IMG/VR virus record: IMGVR_UViG_3300045004_000209
Reading direction: 5' to 3' (one strand)
Length of the DNA: 64,000 nt
DNA from: an uncultured virus (IMG/VR IMGVR_UViG_3300045004_000209)
Lineage: Duplodnaviria; Heunggongvirae; Uroviricota; Caudoviricetes
How positions within the stretch are numbered: position 1 is the first letter of the stretch; each line of letters opens with the position of its first letter. Shown here one piece after another: positions 27,636 to 39,600 of this stretch. Both the position numbers and the translations under genes were made by a program. The notes beneath the pieces are model-generated. The model did not search any database. It saw nothing but the letters and a program-made list of their open reading frames with translations, and was not told where the DNA came from.

Positions 27636-30600
27636 TCTTGGCGAAGACACAACTCTAAAAAGCGCTACATTTGCTGATGGCGCGCATGGTAGTGGCCATG
27701 GCTCTATAGGGGTCTTGGGTACTGTCAAAATGCAGGTGGTGCTATTTGAGGCTGGCAGATGTCCATTTTCAAAGCGCGTCAGGCAAGTACACGAATTTTT
27801 ATTTACAAAAAACAACCTTCAGTTCTTAAACGCTAGCAAGAAAGATGATGTTGAAGCTATAGATGTGGGTTCGTCTGTCGGCATTACATTGAAAAGAGCT
27901 CAATATGGTCGCTTGCCAACTTGTTTTGCTGAGAAGGTGTTTGTTTCTCGATCGGGTGCATCACTTTTTGATACAGCCACTTCTGAAGTGGTTTCTAATA
28001 GCCCACTAGAGTTTACTTCAAATTCGAATCAAACATCTCTTGGTATAGATGTCGAGGGCATTGATGAAATAGCAGATAGTGTAAGATCAGAAAATGAGAG
28101 TTTTTTCATACATCAATTGTTTAGACATGTTCCTGGGTTATTCACTGATCTTATTGATAGGGACAAGATAAAAGGACTAGTCAATTCATCTGGTCAGCAA
28201 AGAGAAAACGCAAAATCTCCCTTGGAAGACTTGGTGCCTGTGAGCAGAACGAGAAATATATCTGAGCCCAAAAAAAAGGGTCAAAAACGCATGCCCGGTC
28301 AAGAGGTTACTGTCAGTGCAGATCAGCAATTTGGTTCTGAATTGCCATATGTCCAACTTACGACAAGTTTTGTAGGTAATTTATTTGAGAAACTAGGCGA
28401 AGAGATATCAGATTCTCAACTTTTTAATGGCGGTCGTGCGCAGACAATTGGAGAGCCCATAGGAACTACAGTGCCTAGAAAAAATTCATATAAAAATTTG
28501 AACCCTGGCATGCATGTGAGTTATGAAAAGGTCACTGATCTTTTCGCTGGTCTAGATTTTTCTTTCAGGTTTCACAACACGACTGGGCAATTTCCGAAGG
28601 TCAACTTGGACAAGGTAAATTCTCAAGCTCCTGAAGATGGCAGAAAGGTGGCTACAGCCGCTTTTTTAATGAGAGATGATTATTGCTACCTTGATCCTCT
28701 TTATATAGACTCTGATGACACAGATGGGAATATCGTATATAGCGCATCTTCGTCTCCTAGTGTTGTTCCAGACAACACAATATCTGATGCTGCTAGAGTT
28801 GAGAAAAATTTCGGAGTGGCTCGTCCTGTCTGCAGGACTGCTGTGGAAAATGGAGAGAATACTACTCCGGGTTTCGTTATACCGTCTGATGCAGAAAAAA
28901 ACTATCTTGCTGAACAGCCGTACATTATTATTGAAGTAGACGGTGGCGAAGAAAACAGATTTTTTATATGCATAACTAATGAATCAGACGTTTCTGTATA
29001 TGAGGTGACTAGAGATCCTGAATGGGTTTCTGCTCTGACTGGAAACAGCGCTCAGCAAACTACGGTTTTACGTGGAGATAGAAATCATTCTCGATTGCTT
29101 GCAACTATGAAAAAAAGCGGTGCGTCTATTCTCAAAATGGATGCATTCGAAATAAGTGTGCAGCATTATTTTGGTCGTTTACAGATATCAATCGATGGCA
29201 GTGAGCCTCTAGTAATAGAAAGAAACAGATGGCCAGAAAGCATACGAGAAATGGCAAGAAAGCAAATGTTAACAGAGAGTCAGCTTCAAGCTCTAGATTC
29301 AGAAAACAAGTCTGGAAACAATCAGTATTTTTCTCCCATCAAGTTGTCTGGCAAGATTAGGGTTCATATGGGAAATTACCGTGGTGCATTCAACTTTAGC
29401 CCACTGCAGTATGTACCTTCTGTAAGCGTGACTACCCAGTTTCCCGTAACTGTTCTTGACATAGCCATCCCGCCACGTGAAAAGCCTAGCGCGCAGTCAT
29501 CGTCAGTTGCATTGTTAAATCCGCAATATGACAAGCTGGCTTTGAGCATCCTGCTTAGGGCAAAGGGTTCTCGAGACGCCACAAAGAACGCTGAAGATAT
29601 TGAGAATGGTACTGCTGTGGGATTCTCTGGAGAGGAGCCCGCTTATTGGTTTCAGTCCTGTTTAGAAATCGAAGAGATTATAGGTGGTAATTCCCAAAAG
29701 TTTTCTTCTGACAAGTTTTCTTTAGATGTTCGCAAGACCATTTCCGGAGACACCTATGGAGCAGCATCCTCTGACGCATCTTCATACGCAGGCTTTAAGG
29801 TTGATAGACCTTCAGTCATAAAAGCTAGCTATAAAGATTCTGCAAACCCAAATAATCCAAGTTCAATAAACATCACGCCGTCAATAACATTAAATGCTGG
29901 ATCTTTGGCATTGTTAGGTGGCTCCGAGCCATATATTTTAGAAAACTGTTTCAGACCATTGTGTACAAGTTTTACTGTATTCATTAAAGAAGATGAATCA
30001 GACAGGTGGATTTCAGAGCCTGTTGATATAACAAATCATGTTATCGATTTTCAAGAGAATTGGACACGAAATGAACGATATCGCATTAACCACCAAGGAA
30101 CCATGAAGCTGTATCTTACAAAGGGTGAGGCTCAGGGCAACTTCGAAACAATAAAGCCAGTTTCTGTCACTGGTGAGCAGTATCCTGTTGATAGTAGCGT
30201 TGGAGGACAGGACACAAACAGCAGCCAAGCAGACAAGAGTGATTACTTGGCTTCTTTGCAAGATCGCTATTTCTACATCACTGTTTATGCGTGGCGTGAA
30301 GGGGCGGGGTATTTTGATGGATCAATGTACACCACTCTTGCATCTAGTGCAGGTAAAAAGTCAAGAAGAGCCATGTTTACAGGTATATGTAATGATGTAA
30401 GTTTTCAGACTGAGGCAACCAAGATTATAATGACCTGTAATTTGCGAGATTACTTCATGGTTCTTGAGCACATGCGGTGGTTGAATGCTCCATACTATGA
30501 TGCTATGCGAGATTACAACGCAGTTCTTGATGTAATATGCCAAGCGGGATTTAAACTTGGTGGAGGTAATTCTTCATCTGAAAACGGTAACGATAGCGCA

Positions 30601-31668
30601 AGTGGTGGCTCACGCGCTGGGTCTAGTGCATCTCTAACAGACCCAGGAAGGCTAATAAAAGAGTTGGCATCCATCAAGCCACAAAGTGATTATTTGGTTG
30701 TGCAGTTTGGAGATGAGCAAATAATATGGAACGATAATGTCCTTCCAGGTAAATATGCAACTCTCAATTCTCCGATGTTTAAACCCAAGGTGTCAGACGC
30801 CTATATAGGTATATTAGAAACTTGGGCAAAAATGATGGGAAAAACAATGTTTTTTGATGCCAACGGCGTATTTCACTTTGACATACCTGTTGATGAGGCT
30901 GAGATGCAGCAGATTGACAGATCTACTCAACAAACTCAGGGGTTTCCACAGTTGAAGCCAGTTGACTACTTTAGTTGGTCTCCTCGTGACTCAAGGTTGA
31001 GATTGGGAGCATCGGGGGGCTCGGGTTCCCCTGCTCAAGCGTCTGCAGAGACTCCGTCAGATATTTCTGGAGCAAGCGGTGAATCGACCGCAAATGCTAA
31101 TTCTCCGATTGCCGGATCTAATTATAAATGGTGGAATGTTGTCAGTGGGGGCAGTTATTCTTTCAAGCGCATGACCAAGGATGTTGTTAATGAAATACGC
31201 TTGATATCTTCTACTCCCAATATGTCTAAGATGATTGCTGGTCATCTAAATAAAAGTTCTATAGTTGATCCAGCTAGTCCAAGCTTCATAGGTTATAAAA
31301 AGATGTTCTTCCAAGCTCAAGCTGTTTTTGGTTCCAAAGATACCCTGGAAGGACAGTTATCAAGATATTCAAAGATGTTTAATGCTCCAGTAGAGATTAC
31401 ATTTACTGTTCCAGGAAGGACTGGGCTGCGTCCTATGCAGATAATCGAATTCAATGGGTTCGGTTCCGCTGGGCCAACCAAATTATTAATTGGTGAGATT
31501 AAAAATGATATTGTTGCTGCTGATAACAAGTGGGAAACAACGGTAACCGGCCTCTACTTCATACCTGGAGAGACAGTCAAATTGAATGGCTCTGCCCTTT
31601 GGACGGTTAATACTGACGGATCTGTTAGTAATTCGACAGGTAACCAAGTTGGTGGTACTACAACTTAA
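27616..31668 (+). CDS. Baseplate hub/Tal-like tail-tip protein, about 1350 aa
   Basis: C-terminal hub-like pattern: MFTG...CNLRDY, WAKMMGKTMFFDANGVFHF, NEIRLI, ITFTVPGRTGLRPMQII...IGEIKNDI...WETTVTG. Confidence 0.65.
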   Translation: MPNFRSNLGEDTTLKSATFADGAHGSGHGSIGVLGTVKMQVVLFEAGRCPFSKRVRQVHEFLFTKNNLQFLNASKKDDVEAIDVGSSVGITLKRAQYGRLPTCFAEKVFVSRSGASLFDTATSEVVSNSPLEFTSNSNQTSLGIDVEGIDEIADSVRSENESFFIHQLFRHVPGLFTDLIDRDKIKGLVNSSGQQRENAKSPLEDLVPVSRTRNISEPKKKGQKRMPGQEVTVSADQQFGSELPYVQLTTSFVGNLFEKLGEEISDSQLFNGGRAQTIGEPIGTTVPRKNSYKNLNPGMHVSYEKVTDLFAGLDFSFRFHNTTGQFPKVNLDKVNSQAPEDGRKVATAAFLMRDDYCYLDPLYIDSDDTDGNIVYSASSSPSVVPDNTISDAARVEKNFGVARPVCRTAVENGENTTPGFVIPSDAEKNYLAEQPYIIIEVDGGEENRFFICITNESDVSVYEVTRDPEWVSALTGNSAQQTTVLRGDRNHSRLLATMKKSGASILKMDAFEISVQHYFGRLQISIDGSEPLVIERNRWPESIREMARKQMLTESQLQALDSENKSGNNQYFSPIKLSGKIRVHMGNYRGAFNFSPLQYVPSVSVTTQFPVTVLDIAIPPREKPSAQSSSVALLNPQYDKLALSILLRAKGSRDATKNAEDIENGTAVGFSGEEPAYWFQSCLEIEEIIGGNSQKFSSDKFSLDVRKTISGDTYGAASSDASSYAGFKVDRPSVIKASYKDSANPNNPSSINITPSITLNAGSLALLGGSEPYILENCFRPLCTSFTVFIKEDESDRWISEPVDITNHVIDFQENWTRNERYRINHQGTMKLYLTKGEAQGNFETIKPVSVTGEQYPVDSSVGGQDTNSSQADKSDYLASLQDRYFYITVYAWREGAGYFDGSMYTTLASSAGKKSRRAMFTGICNDVSFQTEATKIIMTCNLRDYFMVLEHMRWLNAPYYDAMRDYNAVLDVICQAGFKLGGGNSSSENGNDSASGGSRAGSSASLTDPGRLIKELASIKPQSDYLVVQFGDEQIIWNDNVLPGKYATLNSPMFKPKVSDAYIGILETWAKMMGKTMFFDANGVFHFDIPVDEAEMQQIDRSTQQTQGFPQLKPVDYFSWSPRDSRLRLGASGGSGSPAQASAETPSDISGASGESTANANSPIAGSNYKWWNVVSGGSYSFKRMTKDVVNEIRLISSTPNMSKMIAGHLNKSSIVDPASPSFIGYKKMFFQAQAVFGSKDTLEGQLSRYSKMFNAPVEITFTVPGRTGLRPMQIIEFNGFGSAGPTKLLIGEIKNDIVAADNKWETTVTGLYFIPGETVKLNGSALWTVNTDGSVSNSTGNQVGGTTT

Positions 31669-31719
31669 AAACTTTGTAGGTTATAGTCTAAAAAAAGTGA
31701 AACAATCGAGGAGACAATC

Positions 31720-31926
31720 ATGAATGAAAAAATTAATGACGCAGGCAGGTATATGATGCAGACTATACGTGCTGTAATTCTAGAAGAATTGGGGAAGACT
31801 CAAGGAAATGATGCTGCTCAGAGAGAGTTAGAAGGAACGCTAGGAACTAGCCTGACTCCGCTGTCTTCCATAAATTCGGCAGGCGAGGCAAGGATTGGAG
31901 TTAGAAACGGCACCGTGTCGAGGTAA
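31720..31926 (+). CDS. Small hypothetical protein
   Basis: GAGGAG SD. Fills the gap between two large genes. Confidence 0.65.
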   Translation: MNEKINDAGRYMMQTIRAVILEELGKTQGNDAAQRELEGTLGTSLTPLSSINSAGEARIGVRNGTVSR

Positions 31927-31928
31927 AA

Positions 31929-34900
31929 GTGGCAGGTCGGACGCCCTATTACGGTTTGGGATACTTTGACTTCCGCGACAGGCTAGACGCGGCTGTAAGC
32001 GTGCGTTTGGAGCAGGAAAGATTCCTAACGATTGATAGACAAATCTTTGGCATGTACTCCCTTTTTGGGAACGGTGTGGTTTCAGGAATGTCTGTTACCA
32101 CAGCAATCAGTTCTCAGGGTGGTACGAATGTGTATGTGTCTCCTGGTGTGGCTTTTGCCCAAGGTAGAGCCTTATACATAGACAGCCCTGCCCAACTTTC
32201 TGGATTGCCTTCAGATGACACTGTTTATGTTTTCCTCCGAGTTGTTCCAGGCTTTGGTCCAAGCAATGGTTCAATATTTTGGTCTCCCATATACAGTCTG
32301 CCAAATGCCATCAGGCTTGCTAAGGTCACATCTGGGGCAGGCGTCATCAATCAGATTGATAATTCCGTCAAGCAGCAAATATCATTTCGATCTCTCGTGC
32401 TTTCTGAAATAGCCAAGCATAAGCATCGCGGCTCACCTTCAAGAATAGATCTCCTCAGAGAGGTTAAGAATTTTCTTCCAGGGGCTAGGGTGGGTGACTT
32501 AGATGCTGAGCAGATAGCGTCTGGTCAGATAGCATATGAGCGCATGCCAAGGATGAAACATTCTGAATTAAAGAATGCAGGAACACTCAGTCATGCTGGG
32601 CTTGAATCTCTGGCTAGGTCTCTACAAACTTCAGACAGAGTGTTGCTTGGTGAGGTCACTGCTGTCAATCAACTCCATCAGAATATTGCTTTCAGAAAAT
32701 CTCATCCCAATCATGCTGATTACCATGTCAACACGATAACTTATGTTCCTGGCACATCCACTGACAGTATTGTGGATTTCGGAGCCACAACCGCAGTTTA
32801 TTCACCTAATAGCGGATGTATAGCAGGCAAAAAGCAGACCGCAGGTACCATAAGCATCATCAGATTTGACACTGAAGATGAATTGAAGTCTCACTACGCC
32901 CACCAAAACATATTTGTCCTATCTGGCGAAAATACGGGGATCACGCTTGCATCAACAATAAATGAAGAGACTGTTTTGTTTGCTGATAGTTTTGAAAATG
33001 GCGCTGATTCTGGAGTTCCTGGTTTTTCTTTTGCGGTTGATAATATCGGAAGCACTGTTGGTATCAGTGGTGATGTTTCTGTGCAAACCGATGGAGTTAA
33101 GTCAGTTAAATTGCGATCTGGGGTGAAAAACAAAGTCATATTCCGTAAAATAATATCAAGCAATAGCAACTGGAGTAATTTTAACAAGTTGTTCATGTAC
33201 ATCAGGTGCATAGCAGATGTTCACCCTGTAGTTTCTTTTTACCTGATCAACCAAGGCACGACAGATACCACTGCTACCACTACTGCAAAAGCAATAGTTC
33301 TCACTGCAAATGAGATCACCACCAATTCAGACCCCGCTATGGATAACTTCAAGTTGATTGAATACAATCTCACGCCATTTGAGCGCGAATCAATAACTTC
33401 CATGGTATTTGAGGTAGAAGATGGATCGGTTGATTTTTCTTTCAACATAGACGATGTGCGAACATCCACTGCGAGTGCTACTGAGGTTATTTTTAAAGCA
33501 GCAGGCTTTGCACGCTACAGATATGTGGCAAACTCCCCATTTATTATTCAGGCAATAGAATGGAATTCTAGTAATATACCCCCAACTTCTGCTATTGAAT
33601 TGCGATACAGATACGGGAATTCATTTGCAGATGTGGATGCTGCGCTTTTCGAAGGGCCTCTTCCGCCAACGGGAGAATTATTGAATGTTTCTGCAACGAT
33701 AGTGGATATTGAGGTGTCTTTGAGGGCAAATAGTGATCGATCTGAAGCCCCATTATTCAAAGATTTTTCTATATTGATCAAAACTACTGGGAATGAATCT
33801 GGATTTGTTTTTTCTCGCAGAGATCAATGGTCTTTATGCACATTGAGTAATGCAGAAATTGTTGATTCCAATTCTGGTCTTGCTAGCGTGCGAATTAAGC
33901 CTCCGCTAGAAATTAAAAAGATTTTTTATGCTTCAAACGACTCTATACAGCAACTTGATGATAGTCTTTTCTCAGAATTTGGATATATGGGTGCTGATCT
34001 TCCCATATCTCCTTCTCAGTCTTCAAGACCATCTAGCGTCTTGTCTGCAAATGGATTGCCTACTATTGGATTCGACCAAGTCAGTTCAATATCACGAGTT
34101 TCAGATAAGAGTTATTTAGTTTCTGATACATACAATAACAGAGTTCTTCAGATATCTAGAGACGCAAAATTCGTTAGGGGCGTCGGCAATGCAGAGCCTC
34201 TTCCAACTGGAGGCCAGTTTGTTCCATTGTGTGCTGTTCTGAATCCCTTCACTAGAATTTTACAAATGGTTTTTTCTGACGATGTAATTTTTGCAGCAAA
34301 TGCAGACAAGAGTAAGTTCACACTTGTGATTGGATCAACCTCGGTTAAAGGAAATGCTCTTGATGAGGTGATAACTGATGGTAGACCACCTAATGTGTTT
34401 CAGATAAAATTGTCCACCGACAAAGTGCTCCTTGCCACCCAGGGAAGAGACGCAGGTTTGCAAATTTTCTGCAGATTGGAACCTTCTGTAGTTGGTAGAA
34501 CATCGTATACTAATTCTAGTCTGCTTGCCGCAAATTACACACTCAATGGTCTTAGGTTGTTTGTGGGTGATTTCACCTACCTAAATTCAGTGTACCATCC
34601 TGTATCTGCTGAGGATGCTGGAGATTATTGGTTAGTTTGCAACAGTACAATTAATTTTGACAGGATACGTGCTGGTTTGCGTCCAGACTCAGACGAATAT
34701 TTTCTCAACATAGCTGCCGAAGGTGATGGTCTCGAATTTAGAGTTTTATATCGATTCCCAGATGATCAATCAATAGACCCTAATGGAAATCCATACGTAG
34801 TTTCTTTCATCAATGATCCAGAAAAACCCGGACACATCCCCCCTGTGCTCCAGGGCACTCCGGCTTTTTCTGGGACTGTCAAAGTAAAACAAGATCGTGC

Positions 34901-35597
34901 TTTTAGTTCCATATTGACCATAACCTCAGGTGCGAACGCCCAAGCGATGGTCGGAACGACCTATCTTCTAAATTTGCGGGTTCGTATTGAGCAGGAGGAC
35001 AATGGCACTCTTGTTGAGACTAATTTTTCTCCTTCTGATATACAATTGAGAATTACGGTTATTGAAGAGGAGGTAGATGATGAAGAAGAAGGTCAGCAGC
35101 CTACTGTACCTACCGTTGTCAAATTGAGAAAGTCAGATTGGGCTGGAGTTTTTGCGTTTGGTGGAGCCACAAGTTTTGCTGTTTCTGATTTTACTCTTGG
35201 CAGTGCTGTTATATTTGACGATGGCAGACTTTTGCTTTCTGGTGTGGATTTTGAGTCAGGAACGGAACCTCCGATAAACTTTTGGGAGGTTGATGCATTC
35301 GTCGGTCAGGCACTTGCCAAGCACGCGAGTTACAGGGGTAGGGTAGTCGTGGTGAACGAGTCTGATGGAACTAGGGCATTTCAGTACACATGTCCTGATG
35401 GACTGTACGCCTCTGATGTTTCCGTGACTGCTGATGGTCTTTTTCTTGTGGCTGAAAGCGCTATAGGTTCAAGTGCTGGTAGGATTGTTAGGGTGGATTC
35501 TTTTGGACAGGTTGTGGAAAATCTTTCTAATGGAACTCTTGGGATTATCCATGACGCTCGAGAAACCCTCCCTGGACTGACGATGATCAGCACATGA
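31929..35597 (+). CDS. Tail fibre/appendage protein with CBM-like and NHL-like propeller segments, 1222 aa
   Basis: GTG start after GAGGT. N-terminal GNGVVSGMSV...VSPGVAFAQG attachment-type domain. NWSNFNKLFMYI...FNIDDVR (galactose-binding/CBM-like). YLVSDTYNNRVLQI (NHL-like). Confidence 0.7.
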   Translation: MAGRTPYYGLGYFDFRDRLDAAVSVRLEQERFLTIDRQIFGMYSLFGNGVVSGMSVTTAISSQGGTNVYVSPGVAFAQGRALYIDSPAQLSGLPSDDTVYVFLRVVPGFGPSNGSIFWSPIYSLPNAIRLAKVTSGAGVINQIDNSVKQQISFRSLVLSEIAKHKHRGSPSRIDLLREVKNFLPGARVGDLDAEQIASGQIAYERMPRMKHSELKNAGTLSHAGLESLARSLQTSDRVLLGEVTAVNQLHQNIAFRKSHPNHADYHVNTITYVPGTSTDSIVDFGATTAVYSPNSGCIAGKKQTAGTISIIRFDTEDELKSHYAHQNIFVLSGENTGITLASTINEETVLFADSFENGADSGVPGFSFAVDNIGSTVGISGDVSVQTDGVKSVKLRSGVKNKVIFRKIISSNSNWSNFNKLFMYIRCIADVHPVVSFYLINQGTTDTTATTTAKAIVLTANEITTNSDPAMDNFKLIEYNLTPFERESITSMVFEVEDGSVDFSFNIDDVRTSTASATEVIFKAAGFARYRYVANSPFIIQAIEWNSSNIPPTSAIELRYRYGNSFADVDAALFEGPLPPTGELLNVSATIVDIEVSLRANSDRSEAPLFKDFSILIKTTGNESGFVFSRRDQWSLCTLSNAEIVDSNSGLASVRIKPPLEIKKIFYASNDSIQQLDDSLFSEFGYMGADLPISPSQSSRPSSVLSANGLPTIGFDQVSSISRVSDKSYLVSDTYNNRVLQISRDAKFVRGVGNAEPLPTGGQFVPLCAVLNPFTRILQMVFSDDVIFAANADKSKFTLVIGSTSVKGNALDEVITDGRPPNVFQIKLSTDKVLLATQGRDAGLQIFCRLEPSVVGRTSYTNSSLLAANYTLNGLRLFVGDFTYLNSVYHPVSAEDAGDYWLVCNSTINFDRIRAGLRPDSDEYFLNIAAEGDGLEFRVLYRFPDDQSIDPNGNPYVVSFINDPEKPGHIPPVLQGTPAFSGTVKVKQDRAFSSILTITSGANAQAMVGTTYLLNLRVRIEQEDNGTLVETNFSPSDIQLRITVIEEEVDDEEEGQQPTVPTVVKLRKSDWAGVFAFGGATSFAVSDFTLGSAVIFDDGRLLLSGVDFESGTEPPINFWEVDAFVGQALAKHASYRGRVVVVNESDGTRAFQYTCPDGLYASDVSVTADGLFLVAESAIGSSAGRIVRVDSFGQVVENLSNGTLGIIHDARETLPGLTMIST

Positions 35598-35598
35598 A

Positions 35599-36657
35599 AT
35601 GCTTAAAGTAGAATATGCCTGTTTCATAAACAACACGGGGTTCGGGCATGCCGCCCTTGGCTATTTACATGTGCTCAGGTCTTGTGGGCATAAGGTTAGG
35701 GTCAAAAGTATGCATCCAATGATAAATCAGCCATGGATGTCGCATGAAGACACCCAAGCATTGCAGCATGACTTTTCAGGAGTCGCCCAAGTGAGCATAT
35801 GGCACTCTATACCGCCAAGATGGAATGGTCTCTCTCAGGGCTCGGAAATGACGGTGGGAATATGCACATTTGAATGCGAAAATCCTCCTGCAGATTGGAT
35901 AAAAACTATAAACTCAAAATGTTCCAACATTTGGTATCCAAGCAAGTTTTGTAAGTCAGTATTTGAAAAAGCGGGGGTAGAAAAACCATCTTCTGTGATA
36001 AATCACATGGTCGGAGATCTATATTTTCGTTCCTATCCCAAGGGTTATGATGGAGGCGATTTTGTCATATTGTCAGTGGGTGCTTGGAAAGCTAGAAAAA
36101 ATTGGTCTTCACTAATTCTTGGATGTTCTATCGCTATGTCTGCCGGGCATCCGGTTTGTCTTGTCTTAAAGACAGACAGACCCCATGCCGCACGTGCGGA
36201 GGTGGTCAGGATCGTGCCTGAATCGCTTAGGAACCGTTTTATGATTGTTGAGGGTGAGTTGACGGAGAAAAGCATGGCAGGGCTGTATTCGTCTTGCCAC
36301 GCCTTTCTATGCGCTTCAAGGGGTGAGGGATTTTGTCTACCCGTTGCTCAGGCCATGGCGGCTGGTGTTCCCGTGTTGAGCACACGGTCGGGTGGAATTT
36401 CTGATTTTTTTGACGATTCTTGCGGTCTAGTAATAGAACCATCAGGTTTGGAGCAGGCTTCTATGGATGGATACCCGCAATTTTCTTCAAAATATTGGCC
36501 AGTTATTACATCGGAGTCGGTGGGGAGGGCAGTCGCTGAAGCTGTTGAAAAATACTATGACATTGCATCCCAAAAGGCAAAAAATGCAAAAAAAAGGGCC
36601 GAAGAAATGTTTTCGCTTGCTGCGGTTAGAAAGCGAATGTCGGAGGCTTTGAACTGA
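35599..36657 (+). CDS. Glycosyltransferase family 4, paralog of 3637..4983
   Basis: NTGFGHAALGY, CTFECE, SVGAWKARKN, LYSSCHAFLCASRGEGFCLPVAQAMAAGVPVLSTRSGG. Confidence 0.9.
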   Translation: MLKVEYACFINNTGFGHAALGYLHVLRSCGHKVRVKSMHPMINQPWMSHEDTQALQHDFSGVAQVSIWHSIPPRWNGLSQGSEMTVGICTFECENPPADWIKTINSKCSNIWYPSKFCKSVFEKAGVEKPSSVINHMVGDLYFRSYPKGYDGGDFVILSVGAWKARKNWSSLILGCSIAMSAGHPVCLVLKTDRPHAARAEVVRIVPESLRNRFMIVEGELTEKSMAGLYSSCHAFLCASRGEGFCLPVAQAMAAGVPVLSTRSGGISDFFDDSCGLVIEPSGLEQASMDGYPQFSSKYWPVITSESVGRAVAEAVEKYYDIASQKAKNAKKRAEEMFSLAAVRKRMSEALN

Positions 36658-36659
36658 CC

Positions 36660-39600
36660 ATGGAACAGCCAAAACTCTACATTACTGATGTGAAATCTTA
36701 CCAAGGTGGCAGGGAGGTTCATTTCAATTTAGATCTTGATGGCGCAGTGGGTTGCAAATTCTCTATAGAGGATGCCTCTCGTGGTGGTTCTTTGCCAGTC
36801 TCAACCGATGGCGGTAAGACATGGCTACATAAATCAACTGCTGAGTCAGCGTCTATTGTTGGAGTTGTAAAGGTTCGTCCGACTAGCGATGATTTCGCAA
36901 TATTTTGCCATGTGGAAGATGGATTTGGATCCGAGGCTATATGTGCAACCCTTGTTAATAGGCCCAAAACGGGTAAGAGCAAAAATTTTTATGTGCGCGC
37001 TTCTCCAGAATTTGTGGCTCATGGCGACAAGTGCAATATCGTTGTGGACGGGCCTGCCTCGTCAGTTTTCAGAATAGGAATCGGAGAAAAGAAATATGCA
37101 GGTCGCACCAACAAGAAAGGCAGGTCTGTATTTAAGTTCACCGCCAACCAAATTTTCTCACAAGATCAGATGTCGGCATATTCATTGGTTCGTGTTCCGA
37201 TCAACATATCTGACAATGAAGAAAACTGGTTTTACGGTGGATCTGATGTGCACTTTGTACCTTCTGTGCTGAGGACACTTGCCGCCACAAATGATCCAGC
37301 AAGACCTGGTTGTGTGGTTCTAGATCCAACATCATCTCCAGACCAAGGTCTCAGGTTTGTATCTCAAGAGGCACCTTGCTCTGATTTGGCTATTGTTGGT
37401 CGGCTGTATGACCCCTATGGGTCTGAAACCGAGCAAGAACTTACACATTTAGACTCGCAATATATAAGTGTCGGTGAAGGTTTCAGCAGCAAGTTTGCAT
37501 CCATATCTGGTGGGTGTAATCTCATCGACCATGTGTCGGTTGCTGCAAAATTCTTCGATCCTAAGTCTCAGTCTTATTCATCTCTTTTTCCTGCACATGA
37601 TTCGGATGACAGGGGTTTGAATATCTTCAATCATGGTGCTTGGGTTTCATACTGCAAGCCATACATAGAAGAATCTTCGCAGGCTAGCGATTGCGATGTC
37701 TCGGTGAGGCAGTCTATGCCTGTGACACAGGTTTTTGTGGCAAGTTCATCTTCTGCAGCCAAGGTGATGCCGGCGGCAATTGGACGTGGACTGATTATTA
37801 AGCCTCCCGCCTTCACGCATTCCGTGCGTCCAAACCAAAATCCATCTGGAGTCGCCGCTATAGTTATAAGGTTGCGTGAAAGTCAGGAGATATCTCTCAG
37901 TGCAATATGGTCTCCTTCTGCCTTGCAATCACTTGCTGACCAGATAAACGAAGACATCGTCTTGAAGTCTTCAGGGATTTATGCAGAAATTATTAATGAT
38001 AGAATAGATGTATATTCTGAGTCTAGGTTCTCTCTTCTTGCTGGGCAGGTTCTCAGTAGTTTGGGTGGCAACGCCATAACTGTTCAGCAATTCAGTGGAG
38101 CATCGGCAACTTTCAGGTGTACCACGATAAAAGATTTATCTGAACATGGCGTCAGCGACATGGGTACGCTCGCATTCTTGAGTGGTCCCTTCAGGGGTAC
38201 TGTATTTTCTTACGTCAAATCTAGCTCAGACTCAGTGAGGCTTCAGGCTTGCCCTGGCATAAACAGACCGGGCGGCATAGTCATTTCCGATGACATCCCG
38301 TGCGTTCATGTTGCGTTCTTGTCTGGCTTGGAAAGTGAAGCAGCCTCCGTGTCAGAAATTTCTTTGAATGTTCGTGAGGATAATCTTGGACAACCCGCAT
38401 CCTGTGTTTATCCGGCCATATCGTCATCTTGTCGCGTGTTGTGTCAGAGTCAAGTCGATAGCTTTAACCAATTGTTTATGTACTCTGAGCTTCCAATAGA
38501 TAAGGAACGGGCATCCAACGGATCTTGGCTGCAACTGACTTATAATGGAGATAATAGGCGCCCACGCGTGTTTGATGATAGATATGGGAACATGCATATA
38601 GCTTGGGAGCGAGATGTCGGAGATGGCACTTTTGTTGCGTATGCCGTCATAGGTCCAGATTCTCCTATATTTTCATCTAAAGCGCTTGTTGCCGATTTCT
38701 GTAGATCATCATCTGAAGACACAAGCCCTATTGTTGCGCCAGAAAAACGCGTGTCATCCGTGCTGTCGCTCGAGTCTTCAAGTGGAATTTTAGAGTTGCC
38801 GTTCAACTCTTCAAACTTTTTGCGTAATGTGATACCGTCTTCTTCCGCATATATAAAAAGAGAGTTTTTGGGAGCCTGTCCATTTAATATTATGTTTGAT
38901 GGAGATAACCCAAGTTCTTTTATTTCCAATGTGCTCGACACGGATGGGAATATAGCACAATTTCAACAAGTCTCAAATGGAGACCTAGTCGAGACTGTTA
39001 TCCTCCATATAGACCCATCTGCCAATACTTCAAATCAGCAATACAGTGGCAGAATATCTTTCAATGGAGTTATATTGTCAATAGCAGGGCAGAAGTCTGA
39101 GATGTCTTTCACTGACAAAATATTTAGTCCTACAGGTATAACATTCCCAAGCAGAGCAGGTAGTGCAAGTTTTTCAAATGGCGAATTCACACTCTCTTCG
39201 GATAAGAAGAGTTTTGATTTCTCCTTAATGCTTCATCCTGTTGACGACATTTTCCAGGTGAGGTTGATTGTTGCCGCATCCTCGACTCCAATATCAATTA
39301 GGACGGGGTGGATAAAGGTTGCAGATGCAGGGGCATCCGTGGCAATGCCAAGGTCAGACTCGGTGTGCCTAGATTACAGTCCGCTTCAATCAAAATGTTG
39401 CGCAATTATTCCATACTACACTGATGATTCAGGAAGGCAGTTTGATGGAACACATAAGTCGATAGGCTACATGGTTGATGCAGACATTGATATACAGCCA
39501 TCGTTTTCATTTGATGCCCACATACTGCCTGGCTCTGCAATAATAATCAATCCAGTCATATCCGATGTTTTTTCTGCTAGCGATGGAGTGCAAATCAGAA

